From the NCBI GenBank assembly GCA_035084275.1, contig CM068747.1:4588001-4652000 (forward strand): a stretch of DNA of 64,000 nt, read 5' to 3'. Every line of letters starts with the position of its first letter. Within the stretch, counting starts at the first letter, position 1. Both the position numbers and the translations under genes were made by a program. Source of the DNA: Hydrolagus colliei (taxonomy: Eukaryota). The notes beneath the pieces are model-generated. The model was not told where the DNA came from. It searched no databases and saw nothing but the letters and a program-made list of their open reading frames with translations. Below are positions 11,944 to 24,375 of the stretch, piece after piece.

Positions 11944-12497
11944 CACATCTTCCAGACGTCTCAAAGCGCTTCACAGAATATACTGAATTGACTATATTTG
12001 TGTATTGTAGGCCAACTCTAGCAAGTCTATTGACAACTACTCTTGTTTCCAGCATTAGATGGTTAATTCTTCCTTTGGTTCTTCAGAGTCACTGAAGGGA
12101 CGCAGAGGGGCTTGAAAAACTGCTCCAGGCTAGAGCACTGACTGGATATCATGGATACTGTCATGTGTTGGTGTGCAACACTCCAGGCCAAATCGCCATT
12201 GCTGCCGTGGGGAATTGCAAAGGAATGTTACCTCCATGTGAATAATGATATTATTGAGTTATAGAGAAATCAATGTATATTTGGCACACTGCCCTGTTTT
12301 TTCCTCTACTGAACTGATGCCCTTCAGACCCTCTCCAGGATAACCATTTGACCCGGGTGAATGAATTCCATCAAGCTATTGAAGCAATGGGGTGGAGGCA
12401 ACACAACCGAGCCCAAACATGTCCACACATACATTCCCAACATTGGTCACTGTGTAGTGAACACTTCTCTTGTCCAGGGATCCTAAAAGCAGTTGTG
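11944..12497 (+). repeat. Dispersed duplicate, copy A (partner 51826-52566)
   Basis: Long near-identical stretches, e.g. GGAATTGCAAAGGAATGTTACCTCCATGTGAATAATGATATTATTGAGTTATAGAGAAATCAATGTATATTTGGCACACTGCCCTG. Confidence 0.9.
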
Positions 12498-13039
12498 AAG
12501 GCTGATCTTAGTCTACTCTCAGATCAGCTATTTCAGTACATATTGGCAGTCAGGCTTGCTCAGTTTCAACACTGAGCGGTTGATGTTCAAAATTACAACC
12601 AATATATCTAACAGGCTTACAGGGGTGAGATAAAAATACAGGCACATGCTCAAATGACAATTTGAAACATGTTCCGATCATAGGTCAGGGTCCCAGGGTC
12701 AAGAGAAATAAATTCCATTCAAAAACTTCTCGACATGTTCTAAGGCGTCACCAAAATAAGATAGAAGAGAGTTCAGAAAACGTTCTCAGTAAAGATATCA
12801 AGCACGGATGCAGAAATGATTTAGCATGTCCAAATTAAATCCAGTTGATTTCCATCTGAAGGAAACAGATTAAAATGAGCGAAATTAAATCCATTTGCTG
12901 CAAATAACATTTTATTAGAGATAGGTGGAGACTGTACTGCATTTCCTGTTGGAAGGAATGCTTGTTTCTGTTTGTTCTGCATCTTGGATTCTTGGAAAAA
13001 AAAACGTCAGCCCGGCAGTTTCATTCTCCTGCCCAATGT

Positions 13040-14225
13040 CCACTATCACCCACCACGCTCCCCTCCACCCCCCTCCACCGCCCATTCCTCTGTTTCAACC
13101 CCACCCCCTAAACTCCTACCATGATCCCCATCCTACATTCCTTTGCTTCCATCTCTCCTTCCTTCCTCTCATCCTCCATCACCCTGATGAAAGCCACCAC
13201 CTGCTGCCTCGATCTCCTCCCTATCCAACTTTTAATCAGCTGGTTCCCCCTTTTCTGGCCACTGCTGGCAGACACCATGAATCAGTCCCTCTCCTCAAGA
13301 TCAATCCCACTCCCCCTCAAAACCGCCATCATCACCCACCCCTTAATAAACCTACCCTCCACCTCTCCAACCTCGGGCACTACCGCCATATCATTAACTT
13401 GCCGTTCCTTGTCAATACGTTTTGGAATATGTTTTTGCCAACCAACTTCATGCACACATCTCCCTCCACTACCTACTCAAAACCCCTCCAGTTTGGTTTC
13501 CACCCTGCCCGCAGTACAGAGACAGCACTCGTTAAGGTCACAAATAATGTCCTTTCTATCTTTGACCAGGTCTCCCTCTGCCTCCTTGTTCTCCTGGACC
13601 TCTCCGTTACATTCAACACAGTCACTCATGCCATCCTACTCCACCGTCTGTCCTCCATCATTCACCTCTGTGGGACCACACTTGTTGATTCAAGTGCTAC
13701 CTTGCAAACTGCCAGCACTACATTTCCACAAATGTTTTTTCTTATCGCATCCACCCAGTCACCTGTTGGGATACCCCAAAGCTCCAACCTTGGCCCCCTT
13801 CTCTTCCTCATCTATATGCTCCCTCTCAGAGATGTCATCCGCAGACACGGGGTTAACTTTCACATGTATGTGGATGACACCCAACTCTATTTTTCCATCT
13901 CCAGCTGCGACCCCTAATCTCCTGATGTTCTGTTGACTTGTCTGACAGACAACGGGACCTAATAAGCACAATTTTCTTGCAGTTGAATGTCAAAGCGACA
14001 GAAGCCATACTTTTTGGCTCTCATCGTCATCTTCTGTCCTGTAGTACTGACCTCCACAACCTTCCTTATCCGTCCTTAAAACTCTGAATCTGTGTACAAC
14101 ATAGGCATCAGGTTCAATCCCCAATTATCGTTCCTCCCCCACATCACCTCTCTGCCACATTACCTGTCTCCAACAATACCTCGCTTTATAAATTAGTGAA
14201 ACCCTTGTCCATGTCTTCGTCAGCT
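13040..14225 (+). mobile_element. L2-clade LINE reverse-transcriptase core, frameshifted and 3'-truncated
   Basis: QFGFHPARSTETALVKVTNN, LLVLLDLSVTFNTVTHAILLHRL, GIPQSSNLGPLLFLIYM, FHMYVDDTQLY. Confidence 0.93.
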
Positions 14226-14619
14226 CAAAGCAGGTTGAGCAGTGATCCATAGCTATATAACAGTAACAACAACCTGAATTAAATAACATCCTTCACATGT
14301 TGCTGTTGTTGTATAGCATTACTCAACCTGCTTTGCATCTGCCTCAAATAAGTATTTGGGATCCTGATAACAATGACATTTTATTTGATGCTCTGTCTGG
14401 ATAGAATAAGAGGAATTTCTATTCAGAAAGGTGGGTAATGAATGGCTGTCTTTTTGATGTTAGGATTTCAATTGAGTTCCCATTACCATACAAGCAGCAT
14501 TGTGGTGATTTAATGTGGAAACCTGTGAATGATTGATGGTGGTGTCATTCAATTAAATCAATCAAAACTTACATTTATGTAGCGTTTTTCACGTCGAGAG
14601 GACATCCCAAGGCGCAGTA

Positions 14620-14810
14620 CAGTTACATCCTTTGGATGAGAGAATAAAACTTCCTGTTCAGGTGGACGTTGCAGATCACATGGCACTATTCAAAAAAGAG
14701 ATGGGAGTTTCTCCCTGTGGTCAGGTATACAGTTCCCCAAATAAAATTGGTAATTCAACTCATGACTGTTTGTAGAACATGGTTGTGTGCAAATTGGGCA
14801 ACATGTTTTG
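14620..14810 (+). mobile_element. Old Deu-domain SINE fragment
   Basis: CCTGTTCAGGTGGACGTT..AGATCACATGGCACTATTCAAAAAAGAG...TGTGTGCAAATTGG. Confidence 0.65.
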
Positions 14811-15323
14811 AGGTGTAAGAGCAGCAGTATGATCTGAATGGAGTGAGTGTACAATCTCTGATTCTGTATAATCCTTGGTCAACCAGCTTCATTTCTGGAC
14901 CGAACACTTTGAATTTGCTTCTCTATCCATTCTCTCCACCGCTTTCCCCCTCACCCCCCACCCCCCACCAAATCTCAATCACGGGAATAATTTTGCGAAA
15001 AGCATACATTTAACATCCAGCATTTAAGATGCTGCACTTTTTCTAAGGTCTGAGGCGCACCCCATTCAAAACACGTTCTTTGTCAGCTTTTTAACAACAA
15101 CAACAAAATTACACAGAGAGCAGAGACAAGGATACTGGCATTCCTATAGGCTGCCTCCTCCAGTATCGCATGCCCATGTATGGTCGCTCTGCTGCACATC
15201 AACTTCGCAATGAATTAGCATGTGGTTTGCTTGCCACAGCTGCATAATTCTAATCCAATATTCAAATTGCTGTACTTAATTCTCATTACAGCAAGCAAAG
15301 ATAAAACAGGAAGGTTATGGTTG

Positions 15324-15431
15324 AAACAAAAACTGAAATTGCTGGGAACACTCAGCAGTTCAAGCAGCATCTGTGGAGAAAGGAAAAGTGTGTCAACGTT
15401 TCATGCACGACCCTTCGTCAGAACTCAAACC
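15324..15431 (+). mobile_element. Single-arm Penelope-type terminal element with 12-bp target-site duplication
   Basis: AGGTTATGGTTG at 15312-15323 and 15432-15443. Body TCAACGTTTCATGCACGACCCTTCGTCAGAACT. Confidence 0.75.
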
Positions 15432-15834
15432 AGGTTATGGTTGTTGCATGTTTCGTATTCATAGTTAGCTTGACCTGGCACAGTCAGCGGGAAGGCTGTA
15501 GTGCAGATCCATTATCAGTCAAACCCTATTTGGAGTATATTTTCCAGTGCCAGTACAAACAAAACTCCTCCAATATTAAAGACCTAGGACTGACTTCTTG
15601 CACATCTTTTAAGTAGAGTAATTCTAAGCATATGTTGTCAGTGAAGCCATGCGGGAGGTATTGATGTGGGTCTTTCAAACATCAGTGATTTGCATGATCA
15701 TTTCGGTGAGTAAAATCCCAGAACCAACAATGAGTGCTAGTAAAAGGAAATGTGTGCACTTAACATGGGTTTGATGTATGAAATTGGGTACCACGTTCAC
15801 TTACAACATTCAGTGACTCCACTTTACAATATAT

Positions 15835-16040
15835 GCAACAGGGAGCCGTGGAGATTGGCAAAGACTGGGGTAATCGGGGTGCAGAGATTTGTGCGGGTGA
15901 GAATGCTGGCGGCAGAATTTTGGATGAGTTGAATTTTGTGAATAGTGGAGGAGCGGAGACTGCGAGGAGGGTGTTTGAATAGGCCAGCCAAGAGGTGACG
16001 AAGGCATGGACATGGGTTTCAGCAGCTTTTGGAACGAGTT
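15835..16040 (-). mobile_element. Decayed L2 fragment
   Basis: Minus strand homologous to the LQxIQNSAA...HITP.L..LH.LP region of the other L2 copies. Confidence 0.7.
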
Positions 16041-17724
16041 AGTGTTGGATTTTCAGAGCTGTTCTGCTCAACTTCTGCATCCACAACAACAACCAATTGC
16101 ATTTATAGAGCGCTTTTCACGTCGGGAGCTGTCCCACAGCGCTGGGGGTTGGACATGCAGCAGCCCAGTCCCCAATGAGCGGAGGCAGGGGCAGGTTAGC
16201 AAGGTTTTAGCAGGACAACCAAATTTTATGTTTCCAAGGATACAACATATCCATCATTTCACTCTGGTGCCTATTAGCCTAATGAAACTTAGGAGCTATT
16301 TTCAGGTGACTTTCTGGGCCCAATTGTTACACTAGATAGAGGCTCCAGATATGAGAACAGCTGCTAATCAGTTAGGAGGGGTAATGATGTGGAGCGCCTT
16401 ACCATTGTAAAACCTCATTCATACAGAAAGGAGAAAGCAGCAAGGGAATGGAGAGATTGGTTCTTTGCCTTTTCTTTTCTCTTGCAAGTTACATTAGGAC
16501 TCAAGATTTCACTCCCAGCCTTGAAATAATGGAATAAACTCTGGTTTATTAATGTTTCTAATAATCCCATTTTGGATGCCCCTACAGCATTGTCAAGACA
16601 GCCCTTTGATACTTCTTCCCAACATGAAAGGCACTTTAAAATTGTAAATTGGAATTGGGCTCATAACAATAATAATTCTTGCATTGTCATAACTTTTTAT
16701 CATGTCGTCATTGTTGATTATTAGCTTTAACAACATAAGTGACAATTAAGTATGGGGCAAGTACAAAAATCGTTTTGTACTTGGAATGAAGAGTGACTTG
16801 TGAAATTTTGCTAAGAGTGTAAAATAGGGGAATTGATAAAAATTGAATTGTATAGTTGCATTAAAGATTGGAGTGAATCAACATTGCATTGTGTGGAGTC
16901 AATAACATTACAATTGTGATATCTTAAAGTACTTCAAGGGATTTTACTGTAAAGTGTAGTGACTGTATATTTGTGGGCAAATACTGCAGTCAATTTGGAC
17001 ATAGCAATGTCCCACAAACAAATGAGCAACCAATTTTATTTGGGGGATTTTGGGCCAGAAGAAAATTCCTTCGCTTTTTTCCAATCATGCCACGGAGTCT
17101 TTAACGGTAACATGAACTTTTATCGTCTCATATAAAGAACGGCTCCTCCATCAATAGAGAACATCTCCTGAATTGGAGTGTCAGCCTGGATGTAAGTTCC
17201 AATGGTACATATCATTCAGTCATAAAAGAACTTTTTGTGCAAAGTGCTGCGGTTTTGTAATATTTATTTTATAAGTTAAGTCACTCTGATTCATGCTGAC
17301 TAAAAACACATGGAGATTTTTCCCTAGTACATGTATTTTCCTGTTTCTGAGTCACAACCTCAGCTTCAGTTGTGTGTGAAAGATGCTCTGATTCTACATC
17401 CAAACAAATATGGCTTTTATGTGTCATTGAGGCGAGTTGGAACCTCATCTAGCTTAATCCCTCCCGAATGCCAATATTGAGACAGAACTGAGAAATCCAG
17501 CGTTTGCTCTTGAATCTGCCCAATACACTTACACCGGGTATGTGTGACCTACCTTTTATAGGTTACAGTAGCACCAAAGTGGAATAAGAAGAGTTTTTAT
17601 GCATGTTCCAGCAATGCCAGAGTTGTACAGAAAGTGATCCTGACAAGTGGTGTCCATTGTTTAACCATTAAGCAATGCAATCGATTTTTGGAAGCACTGG
17701 ATAGAGCTACAATTTATGGACTGG

Positions 17725-17960
17725 GACGTGGCTGGTTTGAATCCCAGTCCATGCTGAGTTTTCTGATCTCAGCCTAGGCTGCTTGGGGAGGCTGAATTGG
17801 CCCCACGCTCCTCAGGTTTTGGGAAGTAAGCTGACTTTATCAACCTCTTCTGTATTTTTGCTGTTCTTCATCACCCTCTACTGGTGGCAAGCATGTTTGG
17901 CAGCTGAGAGGTCAGGTTGAAACTCACCTCCAAGGCTAATCTATGAGGTGCAATAGGGCA
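17725..17960 (+). mobile_element. LF-SINE-like relic
   Basis: GGTTTGAATCCCAGTCCATGCTGAGTTTTCTGATCTCAGCC...AATTGGCCCCACGCTCCT resembles the recalled LF-SINE head and body. Confidence 0.55.
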
Positions 17961-18900
17961 CCAAAGCATGTGAACTACACCTTTAACTAAGTTAGAGGGT
18001 GAAGTAGGTCTCAGTCAGACTGAGTGCATTACCAGATGTGTATCAAATGCAAGGCAGTGTTTGTGAAGCTGTATTGAAAACGTTCATTGAATAATCAAAG
18101 ATCTTCCAAATCCTTTTTTTCCTTCTCCACCTTCTCCTTTTCTGTTTACACACATTTTCTATTGTGTCCAGCTGTGATTTACTTACATTTTTAAGAATAC
18201 ATTTAATCAGTACAACTTACATTGATATAGTGCCTTTCACACCGCAAAGTAATCACGGTCAACATGTGAGACTTTTAAAGCTTAAAACTCCTTGAAATAA
18301 TTGTGAAGCCACAAGACGGGTTGGAAAACTGGCTCGGCAATAGCAGTGTAAAAGATGGTGATAAACAGAGAGAGCTCCATTGTGCTGACCTGGGGAGTTC
18401 CACAAACGTTTGTTCTGATGCTCTAGGCCATGACGTCAGATAAAGAGGAGAAAAAAATACCCATTGGAAGATGTGGACCAATTCTTTTTATGGGGATAAG
18501 GAGTAGCAGATGTGTCTCAACAGGCTTGAATTTGCCATTAAGGTAATGCATATTGGAGCAAGAAACAGTAAACAATTATTGCATATACTATACAGTGAAG
18601 CGGTGGAGAAGGGAGAGAAATGGGTGAATGTTGATTAGTCAATGTAGGTGTCCAGACAAGGTGAGATCGCCGCCAACAACAACAACAACAAAATTGTACT
18701 TTTGCATAACACCTTTCATGTCAGGAGGACGTCTGAAACACTGGCATGCATCTGGAGCACATCTGGCAAGACATTCCCTATTGCTTTTATTCGATTTACA
18801 TTCAGTGTGCCTGGGTCAGGCTGAAAACTTGTGCAAAAACATGAAGCTGTTGCTTCTCAGTTCACACTGATTCTTCCTCTGTCCCCCCTCATGCACTGGT

Positions 18901-18932
18901 ACACACACAGATACACACACATACACACACAT
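18901..18932. repeat. Imperfect (CA)n microsatellite
   Basis: acacacacagatacacacacatacacacacat. Confidence 0.8.
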
Positions 18933-20587
18933 GCATGCAAAACACCCTAGTAGAAAAACAGACAATACCAAGTTTAACAGAATTTTGTTTCAAAACAATT
19001 CTCAGACGCTTTATTGCTCAAGTGTTTTTGGTTCTGGCAACTACTGGTCACATTCTCTGGCAAAAATAGTTATGAATTGCCATATGCTTCAAAGTATTGC
19101 ATTTCATTTATCGTGGTTTCGAAATAGAAGAAACCAGCAACAGAGACTTATAAAACTGTAGCACTGTTAGCCTATGATCTCTGTTTTCGCCCACAAAATT
19201 GGCTGCCGCGCTTCACCCACAAATATAGTCAATTCGCTTTACATTATATTCTGTGAAGTGTTTTGAGACGTCTAGACTCGTGAAAAGCGCTATATCAAAT
19301 GCAAGTATTATTATTATTATTATAAAATATACAGCCAATTAATTTTACAGTCTATTCTGTGAAGCACCTTGACACATCTCGAAAATGTGATAAGGCACTA
19401 TATCAAATGCAAGAATTATTATTATTACTAGTATTTTCCCCATAAGACTCCCAGTCTCATAAATGGAGATGTAGGTGTCCTTTCTGTCAGCACCAGTTAT
19501 TTGACTGAGACGTAAAGGCAGTGGAGGATGAATGAAAGTTCAAGTGAACTTTAATCATTCAAGGGATTAAGTGCTGGATTTGGGATAAATGATTTAATTA
19601 GAGTGGTCCCATGCTGTGTTACGGCTCTCTGCGGTTCAGAGGAAAGTAATACTGTATTGATCAGTCCTGGATAAAGCACACTGGTGAAATACATAGTGAT
19701 AGAGGCCAAAGTAAACAAATTAATATTTTACCAAATTTTTAACGTGTCCATTTTTTACAAAGAATGTACAGCAGGAACACAGGAAAATGAGTCCAACCAG
19801 TCCATGGCCAGTGTTTTTACTCCACATGAATCTTCACCCTTTCTGTACTCCCTCCCAGTACACAGTGCTCCCTTCCTCCTGAATGGATCTACACTATCTG
19901 ATTCAACCAACACTTCAGGGCAGCAGTTTCCACATTCTCACTACTCGCCCACAAATATATACAGTCAATTTACTTTACAGTATATTCTGTGAAGCGCTTT
20001 GGGACGTTGATAAAAAAAAAGTGAAAAAGCGCTATATCAAATGCAAGGATTATTATTATTATTACTCTCTGTGTGAAGTAGTTCTTCCTAAATTCTCTTA
20101 TAGATCCCCTATTCGCTATCTTATATATTTTGTAGTGGATAATCAAGATAATAACAATAATAATCCTTGTACAGTATTTGCATAGCACCTTACACATTAG
20201 AAAGATCTTAGAAAGATCACACAAAGCACTTTCAGGAACAATTTTGTCTGAAACTCGCTTTACATTATATTCTGTGAACTGAACCTCATACACAATCTGT
20301 GCGTGACAAGATAATGTGGACATTAATTTGCAACCAAGGCAATGAGCTCAGTAAATGGGGTAAGCTTGGCTCTTTCTGTTTTGTGAGGCCTTTCCTTTGC
20401 AGTTGTTCAGCAGTTCTGGGGGATCTCTCTCTGGAAGCTGCCTTAGGCAAATGAGGAGCAGGGGTTCAGAAAAGAGCACTGCAGTCAAACATGTAGAGTG
20501 AACAAGAGGATGTCAACAACATTATACCTTGTACATCAGGAGAATGTTTCAAAATATTTCACAGAGCTGACTGGGAGTCTCGGGGAT

Positions 20588-20627
20588 GTGTGTGGGGGGG
20601 GTGGGGGGGGGGGGGTTGGGGTGGGGG
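20588..20627 (+). repeat. G-run tract (G-quadruplex-prone)
   Basis: Four consecutive G runs of 5 or more, separated by single or double T. Confidence 0.8.
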
Positions 20628-21752
20628 TACATATGTTATAAGTAAATTGTACATTTATCCAAGGACATGAGCCGCAGAGTTCTGGATGATCTGCAGCCTA
20701 TGCAGGGAGGAATTGGGAAGACTGACAAGCATAGTCGAGCCTTGATGCGATGAAGGCATGACTGAGGGTTTCAGCAGCCTGAGGGGTGAGGCAGTGGTGA
20801 CCCTGTAAGTCAAAGCCCTAACAGGATGGGTGATCCAAACTGCACAAGCAGCACAAGATTTTGCCAGACAGCGCTGTCAATAGCAAGCTATGTGGTGTTA
20901 GTCAGTTCGACTCCAGCATAGTTACCCCAAATACTCTACAGGGTTTCCAAGTCTTGCCAAATTGCAACTAATAATATCCAGATTTAGGTAAGTAGGGTGC
21001 ATCCTTTCTGGGAGAGAATGTGCATTTCATTAAAATATTTCCGCAATTTCCACGGACGAATGGAAATCTCAGTTTGATTTGGATACTTTTAATTAATGGG
21101 TTACTGCATGTGTCAGACATGTAGCTGACGAAAAAAGTGTGTTCTATACTTACTTCCTATACGTAGTACTTTCCATTTATTTGTATTGAACTTGATGTGT
21201 CAGTTAACAGTCCATGGTGCATTGCTTATCAGGCATTTTTTATTAAATTACCTCCTCTAATTCTATGGTTTCCTTCCAACTTGGTGTAATTTTGACTTTG
21301 TCTGCTAATCCAGGTCAATAATGTACACAAGAAACAAGTCTAGCACAGACGTACCACGTCCTGCATTTTGACTTAGCTCCCCTAACAAGGACTCTCTGAT
21401 TTCGTTCCTTCATCCAATTCTGAATTCATTTTCTGAAGCCCTTGATACCCAGCCAATATAGATGTAATCTGAACTGTTTTTGTCCAAAGTTGCATGAAGA
21501 TGATCTTAACAAATGTAGTTGCCAGGTTGAGTGAATAAGTACAAACTCAATTCTGCAAAATCATCAACTGTAGCAATTTATTCTGTTTTACTCCTTAATT
21601 GGACGTTATTACTGTAGATTGTGTTTTTGGATAAAGACTCTCTTAGAAGTTTTGATACTTTATCGCTATCGTAGTCATTTGCTTTAAGTGTAGAAACATC
21701 TGATTTCCTTTTATTTTCTAATTCAATTGTAATCCTGATCCTTATGTTTGAG

Positions 21753-22025
21753 ATAATAATAATAATCCTTGCATTTGATATAGCGCCTTATCACGTCTTC
21801 TAGACGTCTCAAAGCACTTCACAAAATATACTGTAAAGTACATTGCCTCTATATTCGTGGGTAAAATGTGGCAGCCAATTGTGCACAACAGTGTCCTGCA
21901 AACATTGGATTGAAATGACCAATTTATTATTGGGGTTTTTCTTGAGTGATTATTATCAGGCGTGTGGAGTAAGGAAACTTACCCAAGGTTTCGCTCTGCC
22001 TGGAATCGAACCCAGGTCTCTCGCT
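21753..22025 (-). mobile_element. Near full-length dominant tRNA-SINE
   Basis: Same body and tail as the 11523 copy; head truncated after the B-box. Confidence 0.9.
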
Positions 22026-22354
22026 GGCACCTTATCATGCTGAATCGTCTCAAAGTGGTTTATAGTAACCACTATTAACTGTAGTGACTGTCTTTGTAAG
22101 CAAACATGGCAGGCAATTTGTATATATAAATCGAAATAAATCGAAGTTGTTGTTGTTGTATATAATGATCTATTTTAATGAAAAGATAATTCATCAGGAT
22201 ACAAGGAGGAATTTCCTACTTTTTTCAAGTAGAACCATGAGATTTAACATCTACCCAAATAAGCAGATAGGAGTTCAGTTTAATATCTCATTGGATGGAC
22301 AACACCTTTGATAATTACAGGCTACCCCAGCACATCAAATGATAAAGAATCAAA

Positions 22355-22439
22355 ACTGACTAATGTGCAGCACATACTGGCACTAACTGATACGTAGCAC
22401 ATACTAGCATTGACTGAAGTTCAGCACACAGTGGCGCTG
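22355..22439. repeat. Degenerate 27-bp tandem repeat (~3 units)
   Basis: CAGCACATACTGGCACTAACTGATACG / TAGCACATACTAGCATTGACTGAAGTT / CAGCACACAGTGGCGCTG. Confidence 0.75.
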
Positions 22440-23514
22440 CCCATAAATTTAATTAACTGCCCACCAGTTACCGGTAATTAAAATCTTCCCAATTGGAATA
22501 AAATTGACATGTTTAACTCAGTGCCTTTGCCACACTTCACTCAGAAGTGCCAAAAATTGAATAAAACACGATTCAATACAAATTCTTATTGACAGCGCGC
22601 CTTTTATGTCGCTACAAAATAATAACCTAGCGAAAGGCACATCACATGTTAATTACATAAACCAAACTTGCTTATAATGAGAACTGCGGATAACCAGCGG
22701 AGAGACTCTGAATCAAGAGGTTTTTATGGAATGTCATGCTCAGAGTTTAAGTGCTCAAAGAGTGATTTGCACTCATTTGTCACAGAGTGTTCTCGTAACT
22801 CAACAAACACTTCAACCCTCAGACAGGACTCAAGCTCGGCTTCGGCTCAGAAAATTGGACAATAAAGTAACCCGTCGCCTTTTTTGCTCAGTGATTACTG
22901 TGGTGCAAATCCATAAATTAATCTTTAGTTTATTTAAAGTGATCTGAAGACACAAAATACTGTATATCTTATGTATTATGTAGTATGATTCTCCTGCTGT
23001 ACTCTGAGATCACTGAAAATCATACAGTTATACATTACGCAGTTAGCACTTTCCATGACTCGGTACAAAGATGCTGTTGCCAAGGAACAAGTCAGGCCGT
23101 TGTTAATACTAGAACGTAGTCAACATTAAACCCTGGGCAAACACTGGGGTAGGGTCGAGCAATGTTTACACTTAAACCAAACATATGTCCGTGCGCTGTG
23201 ACAAGCCATGTAATAACAAACACAGTTAGGTGGAAACTACAGCATGTATTCATTTATGGAACCTCTAATTTTGTTCAGGATCCAGCCAACATTCAGAGAG
23301 GGAACATCTTGACAGCTGGAAGTTTGTTTAACGTTTATCACATTGGTTTCTTCAGTAGGCTCTGACCTGTTCTTTTCAGCTTCTTCTATTCCCTTTGCAG
23401 TATCTATAGCACAAATACCTGTACATCTCAACACATTTTCATGCAAAGGCCATACAGTAATACAGAATAGCAGCTGGTACTCAATAGGTCCTACTGGAAT
23501 TATGATTTCCTGCA

Positions 23515-23614
23515 CTAAATGCTCCATCTTCGCTTCCTGGCATATGGGAGAAATGGACATATGGGAGGAATGGACTCTGTTGTCGATGTCTTGCTGACCT
23601 TTACTTGGAGATCA
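23515..23614 (-). CDS. Candidate terminal exon (DLQVKVSKTSTTESIPPICPFLPYARKRRWSI*, or 3' UTR)
   Basis: Acceptor ccttctgttcag; phase-compatible with exon 26185-26239; minus-strand AATAAA at 22929-22934 after repeat-free DNA. Confidence 0.25.
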
Positions 23615-24088
23615 CTGAACAGAAGGTGATAAGTCAAGTATTCAAATAGCCACTCAGTCAGGAATTCCAGTCACCACCATCTGGTTTTCAGTAAACTATT
23701 TACATCTAGCATTTCACACATTTACTAATAAAGTGGCTGTATACAAAAAAAATGTACAGATTGCACGAGTTGCTTTATTGTTATCTGTGCTCTCTTGTGT
23801 TCTAAGATCAGTTAGACAGAGTATTTTCTTTGAATCAAGAAGTATCTGGCTGGGCTTGAATTATATTTCCACCTCCACCCTCAGCCCCTGGAAACACCAA
23901 CTCAGGCCAAGGTATAGTTTCACCGTCATTGGCAGCCTTGATAGGTATCTCACGCCAGCGATCAGTGTGTGATCCTGGATGACATTCCACATGTCTATCT
24001 GAATGGGGAGTAAAGGGGTATGGAGATAAGGCCAGCAAAGGGGATTGAAAGACCAACAGGCCGAATGGCCTCCTCCACTTCCTTTGTC

Positions 24089-24375
24089 NNNNNNNNNNNN
24101 NNNNNNNNNNNNNNNNNNNNNNNNNNNNNNNNNNNNNNNNNNNNNNNNNNNNNNNNNNNNNNNNNNNNNNNNNNNNNNNNNNNNNNNNNNNNNNNNNNNN
24201 NNNNNNNNNNNNNNNNNNNNNNNNNNNNNNNNNNNNNNNNNNNNNNNNNNNNNNNNNNNNNNNNNNNNNNNNNNNNNNNNNNNNNNNNNNNNNNNNNNNN
24301 NNNNNNNNNNNNNNNNNNNNNNNNNNNNNNNNNNNNNNNNNNNNNNNNNNNNNNNNNNNNNNNNNNNNNNNNNNN
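24089..24375. other. Assembly gap (287 N)
   Basis: Run of N; a CR1 3' end (~23975-24088) abuts it on the left. Confidence 0.99.

Noticed and set aside
12925-13917. 330-aa ORF as a functional reverse transcriptase
   Set aside because: Frameshifted, degenerate L2 fragment lacking the endonuclease and C-terminus.
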